The notes under the pieces are model-generated. The model saw nothing but the letters and a program-made list of their open reading frames with translations, was not told the DNA's origin and did not search any database. A DNA stretch of 64,000 nt, taken from Nitrosopumilus sp. (GTDB taxonomy: Archaea > Thermoproteota > Nitrososphaeria > Nitrososphaerales > Nitrosopumilaceae). The stretch is taken from NCBI GenBank assembly GCA_963667665.2, contig OY763927.2, positions 256,001-320,000 on the forward strand. The letters are read 5' to 3'. Shown piece after piece: positions 37,415 to 48,048 of this stretch (position 1 is the stretch's first letter; each line of letters begins with the position of its first letter). The translations under genes were made by a program, and so were the position numbers.

Positions 37415-37561
37415 TCATAATTTCTTTTTTCGCATTATTTTCTTAATTTGTCTATACCCTAAAACTGGAAGAACACAGAAAACACATCCTATTTGTGATA
37501 TTGAACAGCAACAAAAACACTGGCATTTTCCTTTTTCATGGTTGCATTCTGCGCAATTCAT
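37415..37561 (-). CDS. Putative 48-aa Cys-rich micro-protein
   Basis: MNCAECNHEKGKCQCFCCCSISQIGCVFCVLPVLGYRQIKKIMRKKEL; fills an otherwise empty gap. Confidence 0.45.
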   Translation of the reverse strand: MNCAECNHEKGKCQCFCCCSISQIGCVFCVLPVLGYRQIKKIMRKKKL

Positions 37562-37754
37562 ATTTTTTACTCCTTGGTTTTGTTCTTAGTCTTGTTTTAC
37601 AGCAAGGACATGAATTTTCTTCGGTAATGAAAAATAATGCACACAATGAACACCACTTTTGGCCAATTTTGTAACGTAACTTATTTGTAAATGAATCTGC
37701 TTTTAGACGGTGACATATTCCATTACATGTTTGACCCATGAATGTAATACTCAA
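37536..37754 (-). CDS. Small Zn-binding thaumarchaeal protein
   Basis: CNGIC...RY..GQKWCSLC...CPCCKTRLRTKPR. Confidence 0.75.
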   Translation of the reverse strand: MSITFMGQTCNGICHRLKADSFTNKLRYKIGQKWCSLCALFFITEENSCPCCKTRLRTKPRSKKYELRRMQP

Positions 37755-37784
37755 AAAATCTATTTAAGAAAATTTCCAAATCTT

Positions 37785-38240
37785 TTATTCTGAAATCTCA
37801 ATGACTGCATCAATTTCAGTCATTGAATCTAATGGTAAACTAGCCACTCCAACTGCAATTCTTGAGTGCTTTCCAATGTTCCCAAATATCTCAAAAAACA
37901 AATCAGAAGCTGCATTAATCACTTTTGGTTGTGCTGTAAATTCTGAAACAGAATTTACAAATCCTGATAGTCTTACTATTTTGGAGACTTTATCCAAATT
38001 ACCAACTTCTCTTTTTATTTGTGCTAAAATGTTAATCGCACACATTCTTGCAGATTTTTGAGCAGTTTCTAAATTATCCTCTGAAACCTTTCCTGTAAAG
38101 ATAACTTTACCATCCTCCATTGGAATCTGTCCTGAAATGTAGAGCAAATTTCCAGTTCTAACTACAGGAACATATGATCCTGCAGGTGTTGGAGGATTTG
38201 GTAACTTTATCCCTAATGATTCAAGTTTTTCTTCAATCAA
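37785..38240 (-). CDS. RidA/YjgF/UK114 family protein
   Basis: LPNPPTPAGSYVP...LYISGQIP...HSRIAVGVASLP. Confidence 0.9.
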   Translation of the reverse strand: MIEEKLESLGIKLPNPPTPAGSYVPVVRTGNLLYISGQIPMEDGKVIFTGKVSEDNLETAQKSARMCAINILAQIKREVGNLDKVSKIVRLSGFVNSVSEFTAQPKVINAASDLFFEIFGNIGKHSRIAVGVASLPLDSMTEIDAVIEISE

Positions 38241-38726
38241 GACTCTTGTGCCTATTTAGTCTGATTTTAGTTTTTTCATGAAATTCTTTATTAAAAAAAT
38301 TCTTAGATTTTGAGCATTTGATACATGTTTGTTATGTAGTACCAATGAATATTGAATTTCTGATTTTAAAATAGAATGTTATTTCATGATGAAGAACTAA
38401 ATGAAGAAGAACAGATAAAGTATTTTGAGAAATTAGACCCTAAGACCATTGAATTAATCAAAGAAGAGTATGCTCATGACTAATCAGGAACAATTAGCAA
38501 ATCAAATATCTGAATTTATTGGAAAAAATCTTCGTGGTAACACTCCATTTGCAAGTACATCTGATTTTATTCTGTACATTGCCAATAAAGAATCAAAGAA
38601 AAGAGAAGAAAAATAAATCCTGAATCTAAAATTATTGTTTTAACATGTTTGTAAACTAACTTACAAGTTGTTTTGCATTTTGTATATGGTTACGTGTTTG
38701 TTCAAATGAACAAACAAAATTGGTAT

Positions 38727-39887
38727 CTAGTTTTTAGTAATCTTAATGTGGACTTTTTCGCCCTTGTTTTGATTATTTTGATATATGGTTCTTGTTTTGT
38801 AGCCTTGTTTTTGAAGGCATTCATCCAAAATTGAGACCCAAGGTAGAGAATGCCCGCTGTTTAGTTTTGACTCTATTGTGATATTTTTGGTGCTTGCCTC
38901 AAAGTTTACGTGCCCAGAGCATGTTATCTGCATTACTGCATCCATTATCTCTATAATATCATCAAGTGATTTTGATTTCAAAGATATTCCATTTTGTTCT
39001 AATAGTTTGAGCATGTTTGATTCTGGTTTTTTTGATACCATCAGAGAATTTAGAATATGCATCAAACCAGTCTCATTGACTGTCTTGATTATTTTGTAAA
39101 TCTCTGCTGCTTCTGTTTTTGTCATATCTGCAAGAGCTTTGGTTTTTGTTGCATTCTTCCAAATATTAGAAAATACTTTTTCTTGGTTTATTCCTAGAAT
39201 TTCAGTTGATGAAAAAATTGCTCCCTTCCCATTAGTGTTGTTTACCAATAATAATTCAGTTTCATCAAAGATAAAGCAATTTTGAGTAATCTCTGATGCT
39301 CTAATCTCTACTCCATCTGGAATTGCTCTATATGATTCAGAACAAATCTGTGTTGGTGATACAAGTAATTTAACATCTAAATTTCTACGCAACACTGATA
39401 GTAACTGTTCTTTACATTCAGCTAGTAATCCAAAACCCCATTGGTCTACCACTATCTTAATTGATGATTTTGATCCTTCAATCATAATTTGAAGTTGGGC
39501 CAATACATTATTTGCACCAATGTGAAAGTATCTTTTTTCTTCAGATCCTCTTGACTTTCTACTCTCCTCACTTGCTTTCTTCAAATTAGATACCAACGTG
39601 TTCATTGCATTTACCTTGTTGATTTGCTCATGAATGATTCCATCAAATGCATCTTCAGGTGCAATTGCTGTGCACATTATTGGTTTACTCTTTGAAATTA
39701 TTGTTAGTTTCTTTTTTTCTAGTTTTAGCAAGGTTGGATAAATTTTAGTTCTAGGAATTTCAGAATAATATGCCAATTCACTTGCAGTAATTGTTCCTTT
39801 GGCAATTAGTGATACATATGCCTGTGCCTCATATTTGCTTAATCCAAATTCTTCTAAACTCACTGTTAATGCATGCTCATTTACCAT
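38727..39887 (-). CDS. TrmB-family transcriptional regulator
   Basis: FGLSKYEAQAYVSL...ASELA..SEIPRTKIYPTL HTH, followed by an effector domain. Confidence 0.9.
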   Translation of the reverse strand: MVNEHALTVSLEEFGLSKYEAQAYVSLIAKGTITASELAYYSEIPRTKIYPTLLKLEKKKLTIISKSKPIMCTAIAPEDAFDGIIHEQINKVNAMNTLVSNLKKASEESRKSRGSEEKRYFHIGANNVLAQLQIMIEGSKSSIKIVVDQWGFGLLAECKEQLLSVLRRNLDVKLLVSPTQICSESYRAIPDGVEIRASEITQNCFIFDETELLLVNNTNGKGAIFSSTEILGINQEKVFSNIWKNATKTKALADMTKTEAAEIYKIIKTVNETGLMHILNSLMVSKKPESNMLKLLEQNGISLKSKSLDDIIEIMDAVMQITCSGHVNFEASTKNITIESKLNSGHSLPWVSILDECLQKQGYKTRTIYQNNQNKGEKVHIKITKN

Positions 39888-40001
39888 GTTTTTACTTGAT
39901 TTGTTATTAGGTAAAATTGAGAGCTAAATTCCTTTTAACAAGTACTCAAAAAAAATCAAAATTGTATCTACAGAGAGGTGTAACTGTGGTTACAACACAA
40001 A

Positions 40002-40607
40002 TTGTTACATGGCCCTCAAATACAAAATTTTGATCAACTAGATAGTATGGTTGCTAGATGCAATGTTTGCACATTAGAGTATTCAAACACATCACATTTT
40101 GTTACTTTGGTTCCAAGATTAGAATATTCTACCAATCTATTAGATGAGATTTCAGAGATTCTAAAGAAAAAAAGAGATGAAATAAAAAAATCAAACAAAT
40201 CTTTTGTTGATTTTGATGAAATTGATGATATTACACTTGGAGCAATTAAACTAGAACGAACTGTATCTTTTTCTTTGGAAGTACTCACCCTAATTAAAAA
40301 AAGAACTAAAAAAATATCTAATGTGAATAACATTCCTGTAGTTCTTCCTGCAACTATCCCAATGATTAGAACAATCAGTGCGCAATTATTTGATATTGTT
40401 CCTCATTGTAGTCAAAAACTATCAGAGTTGTCTGTCAATTTAGGTAGTATAGTGTTGGATTCTGCAGCACTGACAAAGGCAAGATTTGATTTTAGCCAAT
40501 CAAATGAAGAATCCTCAATTATGCTTAATGAAGTAAAATTGATGGTAGACTCTAAAATAAGTAAGCAGTACCCTAATCTTGATTTTTTTAAAGTGTTCAA
40601 TACTTGA
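40002..40607 (+). CDS. Divergent CdvB/ESCRT-III-like protein
   Basis: C-terminal half (LPATIPMIRTIS...LSELSVNLGSIVLDS...SNEESSIMLNEV...ISKQYPNL) resembles the CdvB C-terminus; located two genes upstream of Vps4/CdvC. Confidence 0.6.
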   Translation: MLHGPQIQNFDQLDSMVARCNVCTLEYSNTSHFVTLVPRLEYSTNLLDEISEILKKKRDEIKKSNKSFVDFDEIDDITLGAIKLERTVSFSLEVLTLIKKRTKKISNVNNIPVVLPATIPMIRTISAQLFDIVPHCSQKLSELSVNLGSIVLDSAALTKARFDFSQSNEESSIMLNEVKLMVDSKISKQYPNLDFFKVFNT

Positions 40608-41098
40608 TATCACTAAATTCTAAACGTAACTTTTCAAAGGATATTGAACGAATCCGAACTCTTTCATCAAAAATCGACAAAAAAATATCAGATGCAAAAC
40701 CTTCTGATGATGATAAAATTGATAAACTCACGCTAGAGGAACTGCAAGATTTAAACAAAATTGTTGGAATTGCTGATTTTATGTTATGCAAACACGCTGA
40801 CAACAAAGAGATGCGTTCAATTCTGAAACACTTTGTATCAATTATTTCAGAGACTGCAAACTCTTTAGATAATTTAGATGATGAAATCTCAGAATTGATA
40901 ATCTCAGCTGAGGACTCTATTAACAAAGTAAAAGACATGCAATCGCATATCTCTGACAAGTCTGATTTCAAAAAGAAATATCATGATGGGCCTGACTATA
41001 GTGAGGCTGAGACTAGTGGAATTAATTTAACCAATTTTGGCACAGCGGTTAACCCAGTCGAATACCAACAAAATTCTCAAGGACATATTCGTAGGTAA
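40604..41098 (+). CDS. Coiled-coil hypothetical protein in the cdv locus
   Basis: 164-aa ORF between the cdvB-like gene and cdvC. Confidence 0.7.
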   Translation: MISLNSKRNFSKDIERIRTLSSKIDKKISDAKPSDDDKIDKLTLEELQDLNKIVGIADFMLCKHADNKEMRSILKHFVSIISETANSLDNLDDEISELIISAEDSINKVKDMQSHISDKSDFKKKYHDGPDYSEAETSGINLTNFGTAVNPVEYQQNSQGHIRR

Positions 41099-41103
41099 TT
41101 AAG

Positions 41104-42297
41104 ATGAGTTTAGCACCGCAAGAATTAGAGAATACTGCTAGTAAGTACGCCTCTGAGGCCATAAAATATGATTCTCAGGGAGCACGTGGTATGGCAATTT
41201 CTCACTATCAGCACGCAATTGATGCTCTTGTAAAACTATTACAATTATACCCTCAAAGCAAACTAAACCAAATTTACAAAGAAAGATGTAACTCTTATCA
41301 TAATCGAATTAATGCATTACAACAGGCTCATGGTGTAGAACCCGCAGTTGATCCTAAAGCATCTGCAGAAGACCAAAAGAAATCTGTTCAAAGACAAGAA
41401 ACTGAAAATGACTTTGAAGACCTTGTAATGAAAGAAAAGCCAGATGTTACATGGGCCCAAGTTATTGGATTAGAAGATGCAAAGAGTGCATTACGTGAAT
41501 CAATCATATATCCTGCTAAAAGACCTGACTTGTTTCCACTTGGATGGCCAAAAGGAATGCTACTGTATGGACCACCAGGTACTGGAAAAACAATGCTAGC
41601 AGCAGCTACTGCAAATGAGATGGATGGTTACTTTATCAATGTAGATGCATCATCTATGATGAGTAAATGGTTAGGTGAAGCAGAAAAGAATGTTTCAAAA
41701 TTATTTACAATGGCTAGACACTATGCAGAAAAAGAAGGCAAACCTGTTATCTTATTTGTTGATGAAGTTGATTCCTTACTAGGTTCACGAAGTAGTGAAG
41801 TTGGTGGAGAGGTAAGAACCAAAAACCAATTTCTAACTGAGATGGACGGTGTTAATCAAAAAGGAAAAGACTTGATGCTTTATGTAATTGGTGCAACAAA
41901 CAAACCATGGAGTCTTGATTGGCCTTTCTTAAGACGATTCCAAAAGAGAATCTATGTTTCATTACCATCCCTAGAAGCAAGAGCGCATCTATTTGAGGAA
42001 TATACTGCTCCTCTGAAAAAAAGTATCAGAGTACATCCTGCTGAATTAGCAAAATTGTTTGATGGATATAGTGCAAGTGATATCAAAGATATCTGTCAGG
42101 CAGCACAAATTAAAACAGTTCATGAAATTTTTAATTCTCCAGATTATCATGAACCAGTAGAAGGCGAAGTGCCAGTACAACCACGAGAACTCACTAATAA
42201 TGATTTCAAGGATATCATGGCAAGAAGAAAACCAAGTGTTTCAACTGAGATGATTCGTGCTTATCACAAATGGAGCGAAGAGTTCAAGGCTCTCTAA
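41104..42297 (+). CDS. cdvC: Vps4-like AAA ATPase CdvC
   Basis: N-terminal MIT domain, GPPGTGKT, SKWLGEAEK, FVDEVD, GATNKPW, RRFQKRIY. Confidence 0.92.
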   Translation: MSLAPQELENTASKYASEAIKYDSQGARGMAISHYQHAIDALVKLLQLYPQSKLNQIYKERCNSYHNRINALQQAHGVEPAVDPKASAEDQKKSVQRQETENDFEDLVMKEKPDVTWAQVIGLEDAKSALRESIIYPAKRPDLFPLGWPKGMLLYGPPGTGKTMLAAATANEMDGYFINVDASSMMSKWLGEAEKNVSKLFTMARHYAEKEGKPVILFVDEVDSLLGSRSSEVGGEVRTKNQFLTEMDGVNQKGKDLMLYVIGATNKPWSLDWPFLRRFQKRIYVSLPSLEARAHLFEEYTAPLKKSIRVHPAELAKLFDGYSASDIKDICQAAQIKTVHEIFNSPDYHEPVEGEVPVQPRELTNNDFKDIMARRKPSVSTEMIRAYHKWSEEFKAL

Positions 42298-42386
42298 ACA
42301 TTAGATTTTACTGCGATCAAAATCTTTCTGTTTCTTTTCCACACAAAACTTAAATTCATATTCATTCGGACTCTACGAGGGTAACA

Positions 42387-43526
42387 ATAACTACAAAGAA
42401 ATCAAACCACGCAAACAAGTTTGGAAAGCTGGTTTTTGATGACGGTACTGTTATTGATGGTCAAGGTTTTGGTTATTCTACAACTGTTTTTGGTGAAATT
42501 GTCTTTAACACTGGGATGGTTGGGTATCCAGAAGCTCTAACTGATCCATCATATAATGGTCAAATTCTCACACTGACATATCCACTAGTTGGAAATTATG
42601 GCGTTCCTGATCCTTCCATCAAAGATGATGATGGTTTACCAAAATTCTTTGAATCGGACAAAATTCAGGTACGGGGTCTAGTAGTTCATGAATTATCCTT
42701 GTCTGCTAGTCACTGGAATCTTTCAATGACTCTTGATGAATGGATGAATAATGAAAAAGTACCTGGAATATCCGGTATTGATACTCGAGAACTAACAAAG
42801 AAACTCAGGACAGGTGGTGTTATGATGGCAGCCCTTGTGGTATCTGATTCAGAAATTGATGTTGAGGAAATAAAAAAACAACTCTCATCTGCACCTCATT
42901 ATAATTCTGAGCAATTCATGGATGCAGTCTCTACAAAAGAAGAAAAAATTTACGGTGATGGTGACAAATCAGTTGTAGTAATTGATACAGGTGCAAAGAA
43001 TGCAATTTTAAGAAACATTTTACACATGGGTTACAAAGTGATTCTAGTTCCTTGGAATACTACATATGAAAAGATAATGTCGTACAATCCTAAAGGCGTT
43101 GTATTAAGTAGCGGTCCTGGTGATCCACAGAATTGTCCTGATACAATAGATACTACAAAAAAATTAATTGAAAATAATATTCCTACATTAGGAATTTGTT
43201 TGGGTGCGCAAATTATTGGTATTGCAGGAAATACAGAAACTTACAAACTAAAGTATGGACATCGAGGACAAAACAAACCTTGTGTTAATCTAGAAAATAA
43301 TCAAGTTTACGTTACTAGTCAGAATCATGGATATGGAATTACCCCTGAATCCCTTGAGAAATCTGATTTTAATTTATGGTTTACAAATGCAGACGACAAA
43401 ACAATCGAAGGAATAAAACACAAAACAAAAAATTGTATTGCAGTACAGTTTCATCCAGAAGCTTCACCTGGTCCTTATGATTGCAAGTTCGTCTTTGAAG
43501 AACTAAAACACCTAATGGAGAAATGA
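42387..43526 (+). CDS. carA: Carbamoyl-phosphate synthase small subunit (start uncertain, upstream of 42516)
   Basis: In-frame GKLVFDDGTVIDGQGFG...GEIVFNTG lies upstream of MVGYPEALTDPSY; GPGDP, GICLG and QFHPE motifs. Confidence 0.93.
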   Translation: MTTKKSNHANKFGKLVFDDGTVIDGQGFGYSTTVFGEIVFNTGMVGYPEALTDPSYNGQILTLTYPLVGNYGVPDPSIKDDDGLPKFFESDKIQVRGLVVHELSLSASHWNLSMTLDEWMNNEKVPGISGIDTRELTKKLRTGGVMMAALVVSDSEIDVEEIKKQLSSAPHYNSEQFMDAVSTKEEKIYGDGDKSVVVIDTGAKNAILRNILHMGYKVILVPWNTTYEKIMSYNPKGVVLSSGPGDPQNCPDTIDTTKKLIENNIPTLGICLGAQIIGIAGNTETYKLKYGHRGQNKPCVNLENNQVYVTSQNHGYGITPESLEKSDFNLWFTNADDKTIEGIKHKTKNCIAVQFHPEASPGPYDCKFVFEELKHLMEK

Positions 43527-43530
43527 ACAA

Positions 43531-46500
43531 ATGCCAAAGAATGAATCGTTAAAGAAAATTCTTGTACTGGGAAGCGGTGCTATTAAAATTGGAGAAGCCG
43601 GTGAATTTGATTACTCTGGAAGTCAATGCCTCAAAGCAATACGTGAAGACGGATTGAAAAGTGTCTTAATCAATCCAAACATTGCAACAATTCAAACAGA
43701 TACTCGATTTGCAGATCAAGTGTATCTTCTTCCAGTAAACCCAGAGTATGTAGAATCAATTATCGAAAAAGAAAGGCCAGATGGAATTATGCTGGCATAT
43801 GGGGGACAAACTGCTCTAAATTGTGGAGTTAAACTAGAGGAATCTGGTATCCTTCAAAAATATGGTGTAAATGTACTTGGAACCTCGATTAAAGGAATTC
43901 AGAAAACCGAAGATAGGCAGCTCTTTAAGGATTCTATGAAGGAATCAGATGTTCCTGTTTTGAATAGTAAAACTGTGAGTAATTTTGATGATGCAAAAAA
44001 AGCAGCAGAAGAACTATGCTACCCAGTAATAATTCGTGTTGCATATACTCTAGGAGGACGAGGAGGTGGAATTGCACATAATGAAATTGAACTACATGAG
44101 ATAGTTGAGCGAGGCCTTCGAGCAAGTATTGTCTGCCAAGTTCTAATTGAGGAATACATTGGACACTGGAAGCAAATAGAATATGAAGTAATGCAGGACT
44201 ATGATGGAAACAACATCATTGTTTGTAATATGGAGAATGTTCTATCTATGAAAGCTCACACTGGTGATAATATTGTAGTTGCACCATCACAAACAATTGA
44301 TAATCATGAATATCACATGTTGCGTTCTGCAGCACTGCGAGCAACCAAACATGTTGGAATTGTTGGTGAATGCAATATTCAATATGCCCTTGAACCAAAC
44401 TCTGATACGTATGTTGCAATTGAAATAAATCCACGACTTTCACGTTCTTCTGCACTTGCAAGCAAAGCAACTGGATATCCACTGGCATACATGTCTGCAA
44501 AAATTGGATTGGGATATAATTTATCAGAACTAGTAAACAGAATTACAAAAAATACTACTGCATGCTTTGAGCCATCACTTGATTACATTGTATGTAAACA
44601 TCCTAGGTGGGACTTTGAAAAGTTTGAACTAGTGAATCGAAAACTAGGACCTGCAATGAAGTCAGTTGGAGAAGTTATGGCAATAGGAAGAACATTTGAG
44701 GAGTCCCTTCAAAAATCAATTCGAATGCTCGATATTGGAAACGATGGACTAGTTCTTAATCGCGCCAATGGAAAAACCTACACCGAAGAAGAAATTGAAA
44801 ACAAACTCACTTACCATGATGATCACATTTTGTATAATGTTGCAATTGCATTAAAGATGGGACTATCAGTTGAGAAAATTTACAAACTATCTACAATAGA
44901 TCCTTGGTTTATTGAAAAGATAAAAAATATTGTAAATGTTGAATCAAAACTAAAAGACTCTGAACTTAATGAATCCCTCCTTTGGGAAGCAAAAAAAATG
45001 GGCTTTTCAGATAAGCAAATTGCTCGTGTTAAAGGCAAAACGCCTGATGACGTGCGTGATTTACGTAAGAAATTAGGCGTAATTCCTTCTGTTAAGCAGA
45101 TTGATACACTAGCTGCTGAATGGCCTGCAGTTACTAACTATCTATATCTCACATATGGTGGTCATTCTCATGACATTGAAATTCCATCAGATGAAAATGG
45201 AATTGTTGTGTTAGGAGCAGGACCCTATAGAATTGGAAGTAGTGTTGAATTTGATTGGGGTACAGTCAACATGGTTTGGGGTCTGCAAGAAAATGGTGAA
45301 AAAAGTATCTCTGTAGTTAATTGTAATCCAGAAACTGTATCGACTGATTATGATATTTGTACACGATTATACTTTGAGGAATTGACACAAGAAAGGATTT
45401 TAGATATTACTGAATTTGAAAACCCTAAAGGAATTATTACATGTGTTGGAGGACAAACTGCAAACAATCTAACTCCTGGTCTTGCAAAGCATGGTGTTAA
45501 CATTTTGGGAACTAGTGCATTTGATGTTGATAGGGCAGAAAACCGTTCAAAGTTTAGTGCAGAGCTTGATAAACTTCACATACAACAACCACGTTGGCAA
45601 GCATTTACAAATCTAAATGAAGCTAAAAACTTTGCACAAGAAGTAGAGTTTCCAGTACTTGTTAGGCCTTCATATGTTCTTTCTGGTGCTGCAATGAAAG
45701 TTGTTTGGTCTCAAACAGAACTAAAAACATATGTTAAAGCAGCAGCTGATGTTTCCCCTGATCATCCAGTTGTAATTTCAAAATTCATGTTAAACTCACT
45801 TGAAGTAGATGTGGACGGAGTTAGTAATGGAAAACAAGTAATCATTGGTGCAATAGTTGAGCACATTGATAGTGCTGGTGTTCATTCTGGTGATGCAATG
45901 ATGTGTATACCCCCATGGCGACTAAATAACAAGATCATTGAGACCATCAATGAATATACAAAAAAAATTGCATTGACTTTCAATGTTATAGGTCCGTTTA
46001 ATCTTCAGTACTTAGTTCATGATGATCATGTCTATGTAATTGAACTAAACATTCGAGCATCCCGTTCTATGCCATTTGTTTCAAAACTTGTTAAAATGAA
46101 CCTAATTTCTCTTGCTTCCAAGGCTATTTTGGATAAACCCTTGCCTAAAATCCCTGAAAACAAGTGGCAAAAGATTCACAACTTTGGAATCAAAGTTCCA
46201 CAGTTCTCCTTTATGCAACTGCAAGGTGCAGATATTACATTAGGAGTTGAGATGCAGTCAACTGGTGAGGCTGCTTGTTTTGGAAATAGTTTCCATGATG
46301 CACTATCAAAAGGTTTGATATCTGTTGGCTATAATCTACCAGTAAAAGGAACTGCACTTGTAACTGTTGGCGGTGAACAAAATAAACAAAAACTAGTTTC
46401 ATCTATTGCAAAACTCAAACAACTTGGGTTTAAAATTTTGGCAACAGAACACACTGCAGAATTCTTTGAAGAAAAAATTGGTGAAATTCAAATAGTTCAC

Positions 46501-46773
46501 AAAATTTCAGAACCTGAACGAAAACCAAACATTGCTGATCTTCTATATGACCAAAAAATTGACTTTATCATAAATATCCCAAGTACTACTACATTGGAAA
46601 AATATGTTGGAATGCTTGATGATGAATATCAGATTAGGCGAAAATCTTTGGAATTGGGAATTCCTGTTTTGACTACAATTGAATTAGCAGATTCTTTTGT
46701 AAAAACTTTGGAGTGGCTAAAAGATAATGAAACAACCAAAGAACCAATTGAACCTTATGATGAATTTGAATAA
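43531..46773 (+). CDS. carB: Carbamoyl-phosphate synthase large subunit
   Basis: GSGAIKIGEAGEFDYSGSQ; duplicated ATP-grasp domains; MGS domain. Confidence 0.97.
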   Translation: MPKNESLKKILVLGSGAIKIGEAGEFDYSGSQCLKAIREDGLKSVLINPNIATIQTDTRFADQVYLLPVNPEYVESIIEKERPDGIMLAYGGQTALNCGVKLEESGILQKYGVNVLGTSIKGIQKTEDRQLFKDSMKESDVPVLNSKTVSNFDDAKKAAEELCYPVIIRVAYTLGGRGGGIAHNEIELHEIVERGLRASIVCQVLIEEYIGHWKQIEYEVMQDYDGNNIIVCNMENVLSMKAHTGDNIVVAPSQTIDNHEYHMLRSAALRATKHVGIVGECNIQYALEPNSDTYVAIEINPRLSRSSALASKATGYPLAYMSAKIGLGYNLSELVNRITKNTTACFEPSLDYIVCKHPRWDFEKFELVNRKLGPAMKSVGEVMAIGRTFEESLQKSIRMLDIGNDGLVLNRANGKTYTEEEIENKLTYHDDHILYNVAIALKMGLSVEKIYKLSTIDPWFIEKIKNIVNVESKLKDSELNESLLWEAKKMGFSDKQIARVKGKTPDDVRDLRKKLGVIPSVKQIDTLAAEWPAVTNYLYLTYGGHSHDIEIPSDENGIVVLGAGPYRIGSSVEFDWGTVNMVWGLQENGEKSISVVNCNPETVSTDYDICTRLYFEELTQERILDITEFENPKGIITCVGGQTANNLTPGLAKHGVNILGTSAFDVDRAENRSKFSAELDKLHIQQPRWQAFTNLNEAKNFAQEVEFPVLVRPSYVLSGAAMKVVWSQTELKTYVKAAADVSPDHPVVISKFMLNSLEVDVDGVSNGKQVIIGAIVEHIDSAGVHSGDAMMCIPPWRLNNKIIETINEYTKKIALTFNVIGPFNLQYLVHDDHVYVIELNIRASRSMPFVSKLVKMNLISLASKAILDKPLPKIPENKWQKIHNFGIKVPQFSFMQLQGADITLGVEMQSTGEAACFGNSFHDALSKGLISVGYNLPVKGTALVTVGGEQNKQKLVSSIAKLKQLGFKILATEHTAEFFEEKIGEIQIVHKISEPERKPNIADLLYDQKIDFIINIPSTTTLEKYVGMLDDEYQIRRKSLELGIPVLTTIELADSFVKTLEWLKDNETTKEPIEPYDEFE

Positions 46774-46847
46774 TTCTAAAAAACATAAACGCAAGCAGAA
46801 TATCAAATATTATAGCAAAAAAATTCTCTGATGCTGAACTTGATGAA

Positions 46848-47264
46848 GTGTTAAGTAAGATTGAAAAATTTGCTACTGACGGAATTAGATTTGTACATTT
46901 GGTAGATAATGTTAAGAAAAATTTTGTCAAAGTAAAGATTGCCGAATTTAAGCTCAAAGATATTTTAGTATTTCTTGATGAAAATTCTCTTGTACAGAGA
47001 ATCCCATTTGATGATAGTCCTGGATTTCATGATTTGACCCTCTATAGAATCTCAGACAAGGGACGTGAATTGATGAAGAAATTCACACGAGAACCAAGTG
47101 AGAGTTGGAATAAGAATAGCTATTCTGCAAATATTTCATGCAAAAATTGTGGCTATTCTTATGAAATTCGAATTGCATATTCTGAAAACGTAAAGATTTG
47201 GGCAAAATCTCAACGATGTCCTAACTGTGCACATAAAGCAACATTTGTAACAAAACTTGATTGA
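46848..47264 (+). CDS. Hypothetical protein with C-terminal Zn ribbon
   Basis: YRISDKG (wHTH-like) and CKNC...CPNC. Confidence 0.6.
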   Translation: MLSKIEKFATDGIRFVHLVDNVKKNFVKVKIAEFKLKDILVFLDENSLVQRIPFDDSPGFHDLTLYRISDKGRELMKKFTREPSESWNKNSYSANISCKNCGYSYEIRIAYSENVKIWAKSQRCPNCAHKATFVTKLD

Positions 47265-48017
47265 TCAAATTACTTGATCAATTATTGATTCATCACCAAT
47301 TATTGTTCCATCAAGCGTGACTATTCTTGCATTGGATATTGATTTTATTTTGTTAATGATTGGCGAAATTGATTTTTTGTATTTTTTTCTATGTGTTGCA
47401 TAAAAGTACTTGTTAAATGAAGGAATTACAATTATTTCTAATTCTCCTGATTTGTTTGGGAATATATTTTCTTTTTCAGTCTTAATTGATATCCAAACTC
47501 TTTGTCCATTAATCACAGAGTCTTCTTGAAAAAATACTGGGTGGATATGACCCATGATAATTTTATCAACGTGAGAAAAATTCTCTGATGGCATTGTATG
47601 ACCATGTGTAAGCAAAATGTTTTCATCAACCATTCCAGTTGAACTAATCATTGAAATATTATCTGGAACTAATTTCTGAATATTTGCATCATGATTTCCT
47701 GGAACTAGTATAACATCACATTTTTCTCTAATTTTTTTAAAAAACATTGGAACTTCATCCCATTCATTTCTTGAAATACTCTTAATGCTTGATTTTACAT
47801 CTCCAAGTAAAATCACTGAATCTGGTTTTTCTTTATCTATAATTTCTGATAATTCTTGAATTGTTTCATTTATTGTCGAGTTTTTACCTATGAAAATCTC
47901 GTTTGATGCTAGAGTATTTTCAAATCCTATGTGAATATCAGTAACTATGAGGCTCTTTTTTTCTCCTTCTAGAATTAATGCTGGCTTTGATGGAATTATT
48001 CTTGTTTGTAGCATCAA
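47265..48017 (-). CDS. Calcineurin-like metallophosphoesterase
   Basis: DIHIG, LGD, GNHD, HGH and GHIHP motifs. Confidence 0.9.
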   Translation of the reverse strand: MMLQTRIIPSKPALILEGEKKSLIVTDIHIGFENTLASNEIFIGKNSTINETIQELSEIIDKEKPDSVILLGDVKSSIKSISRNEWDEVPMFFKKIREKCDVILVPGNHDANIQKLVPDNISMISSTGMVDENILLTHGHTMPSENFSHVDKIIMGHIHPVFFQEDSVINGQRVWISIKTEKENIFPNKSGELEIIVIPSFNKYFYATHRKKYKKSISPIINKIKSISNARIVTLDGTIIGDESIIDQVI

Positions 48018-48048
48018 AGTTATACTACAGATATCTGATTAAATCGTT

